Translations under genes and position numbers: made by a program | In this document: piece after piece, positions 13,588 through 26,489 of the stretch | Layout: each line of letters begins with the position of its first letter | Numbering within the stretch: the first letter of the stretch is position 1 | The notes under the pieces: model-generated | Database searches by the model: none | What the model was told of the DNA's origin: nothing | Seen by the model: the letters and a program-made list of their open reading frames with translations, nothing else | Assembly (NCBI GenBank): GCA_964016885.1 | Contig: OZ024741.1 | Span: forward strand, 33,356,001 to 33,420,000 | Direction of reading: 5' to 3' | Source: Eledone cirrhosa | Lineage: Eukaryota | DNA: 64,000 bases

Positions 13588-13652
13588 TATTTTATCTGAT
13601 GAAAGCATACCAATGTTGTCTTGGTTGCCCTTGAAATATATATAATAAAATA
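13588..13652 (+). ncRNA. minimal type I hammerhead ribozyme motif
   Basis: TATTTTAT-CTGATGA-(AAGCATACCAA..TTGGTTGCCCTT)-GAAA-TATATA-TA-ATAAAATA. Same stem I as 6134-6200. Confidence 0.75.
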
Positions 13653-14084
13653 AATATGGTTTTATAAATATAGTTTCCATTTATTTAATATCATTGAATA
13701 TTTACTCCAGTAAACTGTTGAGTGCTCTAAATCAGTTATAAACATTTATGTTTGTTGGACTTCCAACAAATTTAATACAACTGTCTATGCATTTCAGGCT
13801 TAACTGGCCTCCTGGCCTTCGCCAGGACGGTCTCTCCCACCACTTGCGACTGCTGGACTAGAAGACAGCTGAGAATATATACTTCTCTCGTCTGTGTAAA
13901 TGAGGTGATTAATCTCATTCATATGAAGCTGCATAAGTTGGCTCAACTTATAATAAAAAAGAAATAGGATTTCGCTTCAAGCATAGCTTTATACAATATG
14001 TATAAATATTTCGTAAAGGAATTTACTTCTGCCTTAGGCTGAAATGGTATTAGTGACTTGTGTACTAAATATCTGGTACTAACG

Positions 14085-14420
14085 ACAGCAACAGTTGACT
14101 GATAAAATGACAAGTCGGTCAATCATATTGATGGCCTCCCCACAGCCCCGGCGGACAGAATGGAGAAGGCAAGGGAGACGCGCTGGAAAAGCCATTCCAA
14201 TTCGCGAGGCTCACACCTGCGGCTGGACAGCTCGGCGCCTATGGTGGTGAGTAGGGAGGTAGCCCCTGGGCCGAAGACACCAGAAGTCTCCACTGCCAAG
14301 GGTACAACCGCAAACCTGTCGGAGAGTGACCGGTATTTGGAGAGTTTGGCCTCCTCAGCCCGACGTGCAGCAGAACCTGGGTTAGTCGCAGACTGCACCA
14401 GGTTGCGGCTGGAGAAAGTA
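14085..14420 (-). mobile_element. CRE-like LINE 3' fragment
   Basis: ORF 14123..14398 reads SAARRAEEAKLSKYRSL..VVPLAVETSGVFG..EPRELEWLFQRVSLA. Confidence 0.85.
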
Positions 14421-14547
14421 AAGGCAAGAGTAACACACTTGCATTGTTATCGGGAGATATTCAGTTCAATTCTCTGTAGGCACCTCTTAACACTTTTTGC
14501 GCTTTTAGATGCATTTTACTCGAATCTCCCAGTATTTTTTTATAACT

Positions 14548-14690
14548 GTGTGAGCCTCGCGAGTTGGAATGGCTCTTCCAGCGTATCTCCCTTACCCCAC
14601 CCCAAGGAAACGCTTTCTCCATCCTGTGCGTCGGGGCTGTGGGGAGGCCAGCAAGTGGGACCCCATTTGCTCACCATAGACGATTAATAG
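14548..14690 (+). mobile_element. CRE-like LINE 3' fragment, inverted relative to 14085-14420
   Basis: GTGTGAGCCTCGCGAGTTGGAATGGCTCTTCCAGCG...GGGGCTGTGGGGAGGCCA. Confidence 0.8.
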
Positions 14691-14741
14691 GCAAAGTTAT
14701 AAACTATTGTAAATAAACCTATTTAATTCAAAAATTACATT

Positions 14742-14802
<61 letters not shown>

Positions 14803-15099
14803 CTATCGAGACTGTTATTACAGTTGTATATAATTGTTGGACGAAGCTTGGCAAATAGAATGGACGCAGCTTCGGTTGTTTCCTAACTCACTCAATGATA
14901 TAAATACATGTATTTTTATTCCATACCCCCCCCCCCCCCCATATATATATATATATATATATATAAATATCCCTGTATCTATATGATGGTTGAATAGGAA
15001 GTTAATTATATGTCCAAAACAAAAGTTTGGAAGAAACGATTGTCAGCAATAAAATGATTTGAACATAGTTTTGATTATTTTGCAATTTATAATTTATAA

Positions 15100-15172
<73 letters not shown>

Positions 15173-15176
<4 letters not shown>

Positions 15177-15305
15177 AAAAGACTCATGACCCCGATGGCT
15201 GAGCCCCGGTCGTTTCGACAGCTAGGTCTATTACCCACTCTACTACCCTAAGTATCGAGTACTCTGGTGCGTTATGGTCCACCTGGTTCCTTACCACGCT
15301 TCTTT
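15173..15305 (+). mobile_element. family H element with second arm deleted
   Basis: Inverted arm 15173-15225 is joined directly to the tail CTATTACCCACTC...CCTTACCAC. Confidence 0.8.
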
Positions 15306-15307
15306 AG

Positions 15308-15359
<52 letters not shown>

Positions 15360-15446
15360 ATTCAAGGAGACAACAAACAGAGGTAAAAATATCTTATTAG
15401 ATTCACGCTCTATATTGGAAAGAGGAAAGAAAGTTCGGCGTATGGG

Positions 15447-15552
<106 letters not shown>

Positions 15553-16063
15553 CGTGCGTGCGTGTGTCTGTGTGTGTGCGTGTGTGTGTGTGTGTTTTTT
15601 GTACAAAGTAAAACCCTACAAAATTTCATAGGCACAAAAGCGTGTGCTTAATCGATAAGATGTCTGCTATGACTCGATGGGGACACTTGAACGATTAGAA
15701 ATATGCTTTCCTACCCTGCCTCTGAAATTCTGTGTAATGGCCGTATGAATCACCATATTCCCACTTACTCGCACTCATACACACAGACCGACATACACAC
15801 GGATACACACACATTTATATATAGCATTTGCTCATAATCTAATACTGTAAATGCATAGAATCTCGTATATGTTAATTTATGTGGATTAAGGTGGGAATAT
15901 TACCCCATACCCACACGACCGTCACCCTTTAGACTTATTCTCTCTTCGTTATTTTATTTGCAAACTCACTGACCCGCACGGTTGACCGTAGCACTGTTGT
16001 TTTGATGTGTAATCCATGTTTGTTTAACGTAAATTAACCCGCCCACGCACACATATACTCATT

Positions 16064-16143
<80 letters not shown>

Positions 16144-16340
16144 CATTCTTGAATGCTACTGGATAACATGTTGTTACCAAATGTAACCCGTTGCATGGTC
16201 GGATTGTCGGCGATAAAACCAGCAACCCCACCTAGACAGCCTGGTGTGTAGGATGACTTTTGGACACCCCGCAGGCTAAAAAGCAAAAACCCGTGATAAA
16301 ACGGATCAACTCAAGAAAACAACGACCATTAATTTACGTT

Positions 16341-16525
16341 GGTTTGGCAGTATCGATAGAGGGTCGGACGCCATGCTTTGCAGCAAAGAGTTACGGTTCT
16401 TTATGGTCTGAGTTCAAATTCCGCCGAGGTTAACTTTGCCTTTCATCCTTACGGGGTCGATAAAATAAAGTACCATTAATACACTGGGATAATAGCTGGC
16501 TTTGTGCCAAAAGTAGAAACAATTA
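16341..16525 (+). mobile_element. SINE family A
   Basis: Same head, B box GAGTTCAAAT and core as 9051. Confidence 0.85.
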
Positions 16526-16732
16526 ATTTACGTTATAAGTAGGTATATGCAAGAAGACAGACAGTTCTGGTTTGGTGCTCGAGCATGTAATTAGCCTATC
16601 ATGATTGATAGGACTCTACGCCGTGGAAAAGGCAACTAACCTAAGAGACAGAGATAAGGAAAGCTTGAAGTAGGTTATACATAGAGTGACGAATATTTGC
16701 ATCAGCCTTCTACTATCAGCATTTTCAAAACC

Positions 16733-18292
16733 TGTGGCTAGTCGTACACAAGTCTTTACCACTGAAATCAAATAATCTGTGTGGCTAGTTATACACAAGT
16801 CTTTACCACTGAAATCAAATAATCTGTGTGGCTAGTCGTACACAAGTCTTTATCACTGAAATCAAATAATCTGTGTGGCTAGTTATACACAAGTCTTTAC
16901 CACTGAAATTAAATAATTTGTGTGGTTAGTTATACACAAGTCTTTACCACTGAAATCAAATAATTTGTGTGGCTAGTTATACACAAGTCTTTACCACTGA
17001 AATTAAATAATTTGTGTGGTTAGTTATACACAAGTCTTTACCACTGAAATCAAATAATTTGTGTGGCTAGTTATACACAAGTCTTTACCACTGAAAATAA
17101 ATAATTTGTGTGGTTAGTTATACACAAGTCTTTACCACTGAAATCAAATAATTTGTGTGGCTAGTTATACACAAGTCTTTACCACTGAAATCAAATAATC
17201 TGTGTGGTTAGTTATACACAAGTCTTTACCACTGAAATCAAATAATCTGTGTGGTTAGTTATACACAAGTCTTTACCACTGAAATCAAATAATTTGTGTG
17301 GTTAGTTATACACAAGTCTTTACCACTGAAATCAAATAATTTGTGTGGTTAGTTATACACAAGTCTTTACCACTGAAATCAAATAATTTGTGTGGCTAGT
17401 TATACACAAGTCTTTACCACTGAAATTAAATAATCTGTGTGGCTAGTTATACACAAGTTTTTACCACTGAAATCAATAATCTGTGTGGCTAGTTATACAC
17501 AAGTCTTAACCGCTGAAATTAAATAATCTGTGTGGCTAGTTATACACAAGTCTTTACCACTGAAATTAAATAATCTGTGTGGTTAGTTATACACAAGTCT
17601 TTACCACTGAAATTAAATAATTTGTGTGGTTAGTTAAACACAAGTCTTTACCACTGAAATCAAATAATTTGTGTGGCTAGTTATACACAAGTCTTTACCA
17701 CTGAAATTAAATAATCTGTGTGGCTAGTTATACACAAGTCTTTACCACTGAAATCAAATAATCTGTGTGGCTAGTTATACACAAGTCTTTACCACTGAAA
17801 TCAAATAATCTGTGTGGCTAGTTATACACAAGTCTTTACCACTGAAATCAAATAATCTGTGTGGTTAGTTATACACAAGTCTTAACCGCTGAAATTAAAT
17901 AATCTGTGTGGCTAGTTATACACAAGTCTTTACCACTGAAATCAAATAATCTGTGTGGTTAGTTATACACAAGTCTTTACCACTGAAATTAAATAATTTG
18001 TGTGGTTAGTTATACACAAGTCTTTACCACTGAAATCAAATAATTTGTGTGGCTAGTTATACACAAGTCTTTACCACTGAAATTAAATAATCTGTGTGGC
18101 TAGTTATACACAAGTCTTTACCACTGAAATCAAATAATCTGTGTGGTTAGTTATACACAAGTCTTTACCACTGAAATCAAATAATCTGTGTGGTTAGTTA
18201 TACACAAGTCTTTACCACTGAAATCAAATAATCTGTGTGGTTAGTTATACACAAGTCTTTACCACTGAAATCAAATAATCTGTGTGGCTAGT
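16733..18292. repeat. 47-bp tandem satellite, about 33 copies
   Basis: Unit GTGGYTAGTTATACACAAGTCTTTACCACTGAAATYAAATAATYTGT, with no unique spacers. Confidence 0.97.
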
Positions 18293-18321
18293 CTAACAAC
18301 TTCATATTTTATTGATATATA

Positions 18322-18510
18322 CGGTGGATTGGCAGTATCGGTAGAGGTGGCGGACGCCATGCTGTGTAGCATAGAGTTACGGCTCTTTATTGTCTGAGTT
18401 CAAATCCTGTCGAGGTTCACTTTGCCTTTCATCCTTTCGGGGTCGATAAAATAAAGTACCAGTAATGTATCGGGATAATTGCTGGCCTTGTGTCAAAAGT
18501 AGAAATAATT
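18322..18510 (+). mobile_element. SINE family A
   Basis: Head, B box and core as above. Confidence 0.85.
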
Positions 18511-18559
18511 TTATTGATATATACAATGGGTCATGTACTAATATTTATAAATATACACG

Positions 18560-18823
18560 TAACATGTGGCACGGTAAATAAACATATACATAGACACCAG
18601 GTCCGAACATAAAAGAACCAAACTCCCATTGTTGCTGCCTCAGTCTCTCCCACCCGCCCCTGGCGGACAGAATAGAGGTCTTTCCCAAGAGGATGGTGAG
18701 GGAGACACGCTGGAAGAGCCATTCCAGCTCTCAAGGCTCACACCTACGGGTAGCCAACTCTGTGCGATGGTGGTGAGTAGGGAGGTGGTCCTTGGGCCAA
18801 GGACACCAGAAGTTTCCACTGCT
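18560..18823 (-). mobile_element. CRE-like LINE 3' fragment
   Basis: Homologous to 14145-14297. The flanking GGTCCGAACAT segment is also seen at 38628. Confidence 0.75.
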
Positions 18824-19077
18824 AATAACTATAATATTATTTCTGTAATTCCACCTCCATTCACTATTCCACCGAAAGCAAACAAACATGTCTACTGGTG
18901 AGCTACTTAAGGCGAGAGGAACAAGAAAAATGTATTACTCGCGGTCTCTTGCTAGAGTTCAACAGAGTGGCGGCCATTTTATGACGGCCGTGTACTCCAG
19001 TGGTACCAAAGCAGGTCTACTTAGTTACACCATTGTTTTCTCTATGCCAGCGATGGCATGATAAAAGGAGTCCTAAC

Positions 19078-19283
19078 ATATTGGTTTCTAATTTAGGCAA
19101 AAGGCCAGGGTGGGAGAAATCGATTAAATTGACCCCAGAGCATTACTGGTACTTTATTTTATCGACCCCCGTAAGGATGAAAGGCAAAGCTAACCTCGGC
19201 AGGATTTAAAATCAGATCGTAAAGAGCCGTAACTCTATGCCTAAAGCATGTTGTCCGACGCTCAACCGATACTGTCGACCCAG
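19078..19283 (-). mobile_element. SINE family A
   Basis: Reverse complement of the family consensus. Confidence 0.8.
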
Positions 19284-19508
19284 ATATATTGCTTATTCAT
19301 ATCTCTAACGTGGCAGTCCGCTCCAGTTGTTTGGTTATCCAATACTGGAGTTCAAAATACATAAAAAAATTAAACCTTGACTCTGGAATTATCCGAACAC
19401 TCCAAAATAACAATTCCACCCAGAATGGAAAACGACAAAATTGTTCTGCATACATATAACATTGACATTTTTACACGAAGTAAAACTCGTCTTGCAGGTA
19501 GTTCTCAC

Positions 19509-19631
19509 CTGGAAGTGGTTGGTGGAGGATACCTTTTCTTCTGGATCAGTAGAAGTGAAGACTCCGTGTCTATCTGCCACCAAATCTCAACTACCGAATT
19601 CCCTAACTCTGAAAGTGTTGGGTTTATAAAC
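19509..19631 (-). CDS. candidate internal coding exon of an unknown gene (123 nt, phase 2-2)
   Basis: Minus strand CTAAT branch-like motif, CTTGCAG acceptor and CAG/GTGAG donor. One open frame: FINPTLSELGNSVVEIWWQIDTESSLLLIQKKRYPPPTTS. No homolog recognised. Confidence 0.35.
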
Positions 19632-20126
19632 CTGCAAGTGGGGTTATTAGTAAAGTCAGATTTGTGGTCCTTAAGGGTAATGGTCCGTGGCTAAAAATTC
19701 TAATTTATCATTTACACTAAGGAAGATGGTTATGTTCTTAGCTGCATTATTGAAGTTGTTGTAAGTTTAATGATCTGCTTTTTATCTTTAGAAATAATAG
19801 TCTTATATGTAAAGTGATTGCATGTAGTTTGGTCTAGCTTATATAAGTTATTAACTTTGTCAGACAGAACAAAGATCTTTTTAGAGGGCCTTATTTTTTT
19901 ATATTATTTTTGACAGGGTACGTTCTAGATTTAAAGTTGAAAATGTCGGCTGATCCAGTTGCCTCCATTTCAAACGCTTGACGACGTCCTCTGATTTTTT
20001 TTTTAATAAGAGCTAAGAATAAGTGAGGGTGGAAAGGATGGGAAGGTTCTTCAAATAATAGTCCATGTAGATCTATTCCAGATAGACGAAACACATCTAT
20101 ATGTATATATGTTTATATAGTGTATG

Positions 20127-20174
<48 letters not shown>

Positions 20175-20224
20175 TACATACACATACACACACACACGCA
20201 CACGCACACACACACTCACACACA

Positions 20225-20327
<103 letters not shown>

Positions 20328-20466
20328 GTTGACGGACCCAGCATATTTATCAATGCCAGGACTGGTTGTATCTCAGCGCACTCCATGGGCAATGTTAGAT
20401 ACATTACCAGAGTTTGCACAAAGTTATTTGCTTCAACACAACACACGTAAAACGGGTGCCTATAAG

Positions 20467-20580
<114 letters not shown>

Positions 20581-20659
20581 GTGAATGAGTGAAGAATAAC
20601 ACGGCCGGCTGTACAAAAATGGTTTTATTTACAGTATTAACAATTCTTTCATTGATCAG

Positions 20660-20697
<38 letters not shown>

Positions 20698-20703
<6 letters not shown>

Positions 20704-20871
20704 CAGAAAAAGAGAATCAGTGTTGCGACGAAAGAAATTTATTGGACATATTACAATTGTTTCTCGAGGCACGATCGATAAGGTGATCAAACCTGACTCT
20801 GAAATCGCGCGGTCCTCGGATACGTCTCGATTCTACGAAGCAGATTTTCCTATTTGAATATAAATATATAC

Positions 20872-20944
<73 letters not shown>

Positions 20945-21236
20945 TGTGTATATGTGTGTGTGTGTATATGTGTGTGTGTGTATATTTATGAATAGGAAAA
21001 TCTGCTTCGTAGAATCGAGACGTATCCGAGGACCGTACGATTTCAGAGTCAGGTTCGATCCTCACATCGATCGTGCCTCGAAGTGGTCGCTCGAGAAACA
21101 ATTGTAATATGTCCAATAAATTCCATTCGTCGCAACACTGATTCTCTTTTTTTTCTGTGATATCATACTCTGCTCTACGAGGGCATCGAGTGCTCATACG
21201 GCCTACCGCTTACGGACGCTTTAAGCATCCAACACC

Positions 21237-21240
<4 letters not shown>
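20698..21240. mobile_element. fold-back element with microsatellite spacer, hammerhead 3' half and tail
   Basis: Arms 20698-20854 / 20991-21163. GAAAC-AATT-GTA at 21095, AATAAA at 21115, unpaired tail 21164-21240, (TA)n on both sides. Confidence 0.85.
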
Positions 21241-21304
<64 letters not shown>

Positions 21305-21371
21305 AAATAACAGGAGGTAGAATGACCAGTTCTATCCACTGACAACCACCAAACTAAAATGAATATATATA

Positions 21372-21464
<93 letters not shown>

Positions 21465-21466
<2 letters not shown>

Positions 21467-21648
21467 CCCGGGTTCAATCTTACTGCAGTTAGTAAGCTAC
21501 TCAATACATTAGTAGAATGTAAACATCAAGTTTAATAAAGGAATTGCTTCTTTTGAATGAAACAGTTCTAGTCCTATAGAAGCCATTTCTATATTAAATT
21601 TTTGTATATATTCTACTTACTGTGGTTACCCCCGATTTAACCCGGGAC
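21465..21648. mobile_element. fold-back element (family G)
   Basis: GTCCCGGGTTCAATC...GATTTAACCCGGGAC termini. The internal GAAACAGTTCTAGTCCTATAGAAGCCATTTCTATATTAAA is shared with 54620-54750 and 55717-55886. Confidence 0.7.
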
Positions 21649-21668
21649 ACACACACACACACACACAT

Positions 21669-21730
<62 letters not shown>

Positions 21731-22039
21731 GTGTGTGTGTGTATGTATAAATATATATGTTTGTATGTGTATAGTAGTGTGTTTAATACGAACCATTGTG
21801 TGATATGTAATAAAAGACCGACACTGATCTTTTATACGCGTGTGTGTATATATTTAGGTATATATGTATATAGGTATATATGTATATATAGGTATATATG
21901 TATATATCTAGGTGTACGTGAATGTATGTTTACGTGTAGATTTACCATCTTCTATATAGGCCAGCAAAGAACATTATTAGGGGGCCATGTTGCAAAGCTG
22001 AAAGAATCTCTTAGAAAAGTTCCCTTCTTGTTTATATCT

Positions 22040-22371
22040 TATATATCCCCCTCCCCATCTATCTCTTCTTTTACCTTCCCCTTTCCTCTTTGACTTCCTT
22101 GCCATTTTCTATCTTTCTTCAGCGAACCCTTCCTCCCCCCTCCCTCTCTCTTGTTTTCTTTATCTTTCTTTCATTCGCTTTCCTCACCATTTTCGCTTTC
22201 TTTTAGGGTTTTGCCCTCCCTCTCTCCCTGTTCCCATTTCTCTAACTCTTTCGTCCCCTCTCTCCCGTTCTCTCTCTCCCTGTTTTTCTTTCTCCCTCTC
22301 TCCCTCACCTTCTCCCTCTCTCTCCCCCACTTTCTCCCTCTCTCTCCCTCTCTCTTCTTCTCGCTTTCTCC

Positions 22372-22430
<59 letters not shown>

Positions 22431-23400
22431 CGTTCCCCCTGTCCTTTGCTTTTCTTTATTTTAATTCTTCATTCTTCAACATATATCATACTTGCCACCA
22501 TCACCACCACCACCACCACCACCACCACCACCACCACCACCACCACCACCATCACCATCACCACCAACACCACCACCATCACCACCAACACCATCACCAC
22601 CACCACCACCACCACCATCACCACCATCACCATCACCATCACCACCAACACCACCACCACCAACACCACCATCACCACCAACACCATCACCACCACCATC
22701 ACCACCATCATCACCATCACCACCACCATCACCACCACCACCACCATCACCACCACCACCATCACCACCAACACCACCACCATCACCATCACCATCACCA
22801 CCAACACCACCACCATCACCCCCAACACCACCACCACCACCATCACCACCAACACCACCATCACCACCAACACCACCATCATCACCATCACCACCACCAC
22901 CACCATCACCACCACCACCACCACCACCACCACCACCACCACAACCACCAACACCACCACCACCAACACCAACATCAACGCCACCATCACATCTACCGCC
23001 GTATACACCACCACCAATATCACTATCATCTCCACAGATATCCTACACCACATCCAGCACCTCCCCCAATGTAATTAACATCATCCACCACCACCACCAC
23101 CACACCACCACACCACCACACCACCACCACCACCACCAACTCCACTACCACCAGCACCACCACCACCAACCTTACCATCGCCGCCGCCACACCATTATAA
23201 CAAGCGCACCTCTACCGTCCCCATCTCTGCCCTAACAACCCATCATCAACATCAACATCAGCATCACCATTACAAGAACAAAACCCAACAACAGCACCAT
23301 TATCCTCATCAGCAGCACCACCAACACCACCAGCAGCAACAGCAGCAGAAGCAATAGCAGCAACAGCAACAACAGCAGCAGCGACAGTAGCTTCCCTGCT
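22040..23400. repeat. polypyrimidine/(CT)n tract followed by long imperfect (CAC/CAT/CAA)n and (CAG)n triplet repeats
   Basis: Directly visible. It produces spurious poly-H/T/P ORFs. Confidence 0.95.
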
Positions 23401-23421
23401 TACCATTCTTATATGTGTTTT

Positions 23422-24089
23422 TCAGTCGGTGCTTCGTGGGAAGTCGTATGTATTATAACGGCTTTCTACTGAGAGATTAAAAAGAAAGACGGAGAGAGCG
23501 CAAGTGAGGAAAAATAGAGAGAGAAAGAGACGGACTGTGTGAATGAGTGAGTAACAAAAAACAACACTATACTCTACAAGATATTTATGTATAGTATATA
23601 AGAATTTCTTTGTAGTTATATATATTCAATATAGAACATTTTTATAGTAATTTACTAACATACACACATTTTTTTTTTTTTTGGAGAGAGTTATTTTTAT
23701 TTTCTATATCTACATATCTTAAGCTAATTTAACTAAATTTAAATATCTCTTTTATTATTTTTATTATTATTATTATTATTATTTTGTTTTTTCGTTAGTT
23801 CGCCACCGAACTGAATCAACGCAAATACAACTTGAACTCGAATCAGCTGGATTGAATTTTTAATTTTGAACTTGAAAGAGAAAGAAATTTAAAAACATTA
23901 AAAAAAAATAAAAGAAAGGAAGAAAGAATTATTGGAAGAATTTTTTTCTTATTTACATTCATATCATCTGATTCACTCTCGGATCGAACCTGTGTCTACA
24001 ACAACACTTGGAACTATATTTATCTTAATTACTTGGATAACTTGCTGAGTACCTATTTTTTTCACTGATCACTTTAAAAGAATTCTCAT
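23422..24089 (+). other. candidate non-coding (5' UTR-type) exon
   Basis: Non-repetitive stretch starting at TTTTTCAGTC (Inr-like or splice acceptor) and ending at CAT/GTAAGT, a consensus donor at 24090. Confidence 0.3.
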
Positions 24090-24133
24090 GTAAGTAAGCA
24101 TTTTATCAATACATATTTTATAGATTTTAACAG

Positions 24134-24184
<51 letters not shown>

Positions 24185-24186
24185 TA

Positions 24187-24254
<68 letters not shown>

Positions 24255-24292
24255 GGTATATATATATATATTTATATATATATATATATGTT

Positions 24293-24338
<46 letters not shown>

Positions 24339-24372
24339 TATATATGTGTATGTGTTTGTATATATATATAAA

Positions 24373-24405
<33 letters not shown>

Positions 24406-24415
24406 GTATGTACAC

Positions 24416-24502
<87 letters not shown>

Positions 24503-24753
24503 CATACATACATATGTGTGTTTGTATTATATATATATATATACGCGCGAGCGTATGTGTATGTATTTGAGTGCGTGCGTGTATGTTTTTATGTAGTTGC
24601 GGGTGTATATGGATATTTCGGAGTTTGATGTTATAGAAAAAATTAAACGTTAGTTTTGTAGAAATGTATATACACTCTACTGCATGTATGCATGTTTTCA
24701 ACACATCTTTTTTTTTCCTATATTTCATCTTCTCCCTTATATATATATATATA

Positions 24754-24819
24754 TGGCCTAATGGATAAGGCGTCGGCCTCCGGAGCCGAAGATTGTGGGT
24801 TCAAGTCCCACCAGGGTCG
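24754..24819 (+). pseudogene. tRNA-Arg(CCG) lacking the 5' acceptor strand
   Basis: TGGCCTAATGGATAAGGC D arm, TCGGC-CT-CCG-GA-GCCGA anticodon arm (CCG at 24780-24782), GTGGG-TTCAAGT-CCCAC T arm and CAGGGTCG 3' strand. The first 7 nt are replaced by (TA)n. Confidence 0.9.
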
Positions 24820-24910
24820 ATATGCACAAGGTTTAATTTTCCTGACTTCTCCGATACATCATTTCAGATTTATATTATATATATATATAACTATCTATCT
24901 ATCCAGTTCG

Positions 24911-24961
24911 GATCTAGCCGTCGAAACGGCCGGAGCTCAGCCGTCGGGGTCCTTTTCCTAT
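24911..24961 (+). mobile_element. family H single-arm fragment
   Basis: CTAGCCGTCGAAACGGCCGGAGCTCAGCCGTCGGGGTCCTTTTCCTA. Confidence 0.75.
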
Positions 24962-25035
24962 TATCTATCTATCTATTACATAAATGTATACATATATATA
25001 TAATTAATAAGTAGGAGCGAGGTTACAATCCATTA

Positions 25036-25172
<137 letters not shown>

Positions 25173-26489
25173 GTGATCAAGCTGAAATTTCGAAGTCACT
25201 GCCGTTTTGCAATGTTAAATATCTATATGTATGCATGTATATATATTATATATTTTGTTCCGTGAATGAACATAAATAAATAACATATTATACCAGCTGT
25301 CTTGCCAGGTTGAGCACTTTTTTCTCATTCTTTTACACATACACTGATATTTTGCTACACACACACATACACACACATACACACACACATATAACACCTT
25401 GGAAAGATATTTTGCGCGGAACAGGACTATGTTTAGGTATTGGGGTGGGAGTGTTCCTCTCAAAATTGAAGGGGGCTGCTGAAAGTTTTTTTAATTTTTT
25501 ATACAGAGGAAGGGGCGTTATATATTCACGGACTCCTACTGGGCTCCTTGGACACTAGGTACTAACTGAACTCTATCGGACACGAAAGTTTGAAAGGCAA
25601 AAATCGATCCTAGTGTGATTCTGAATGTTTTTTATTTTTCTTCGTTTTCTTTTATTATAATTCCAGTCCCATCTCGGGATGTTTTTCAGAAATATTAAAT
25701 CGTAAATAAAGTTCTTAACTGATTCTTTTATTTATTGAAAACCCCGAGGGGTGAAACAAGGAAATTTGATATGAGCAGGATTTGAACTGTTAGCGTGAAT
25801 AGACGCAAACTAAAACATCAAGTCAGTTTGATGCCACACCCCTGCTGCTGATTCTACCTATGATACTAACATGTTAATTTTAGAATGTTTATATTCATCT
25901 AAAATTCTTCCGTCATAATTTGATATATGAACCTTTGTTAAGTTATATTCCAAATACTAGCCTAATAACAAGAAAATGATATTACTAAATACTTCCAGAT
26001 TGTTTATTAACTAAAATATTTTGTAAAGTTTTGCGATAAAGCTACAATTTCTGAGCGGGAAGTGTCGACGATCTAATGTGGTATGATTTAAAGTCATATA
26101 GCACAGGGACATGATAAAGTAGCGATACCTACCATAGACACAGGGCCAGAAATTTAGAGAGCAAGCAGGGAATAGTCGAAACATATACTTGAGACTGCTA
26201 CCTATTTTATACACCCCGCAAAAGATAAACCATTCTCTATCCACTGGATTTGAACTTACAACCTAAAGATATATACAATATAGTTATTTAACCCCAGGAC
26301 GGCCATGACTTGATCATACCTATAATCAAAGGTATTAGGGATAATATTCATTTTCCTTTTAAAACAGTCAGGTATATGATTTGAGGGAAATTGTGGCTGA
26401 TGTTTCTAGCAGGCCGAATGACCACATAGATAGCCACTTGTACATGCCGAACAATTTTATAAAATATTCGGCTGCTGAAGCCTTTGTGT

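Noticed and set aside
13798-13904. Possible plus-strand exon (TTTCAG...GAG/GTGATT)
   Set aside because: Weak donor, no recognisable peptide and no partner exon.
16641-16731. Possible minus-strand exon beside the satellite
   Set aside because: The acceptor lacks a pyrimidine tract, and joining it to the 19509 candidate gives an immediate stop.
16733-18292. CRISPR array
   Set aside because: Head-to-tail units with no unique spacers, no cas genes, and a eukaryotic context.
22151-23235. Poly-His, extensin-like or mucin-like ORFs
   Set aside because: Several frames are open only because (CAC)n lacks stops. There is no codon-level or splice evidence.
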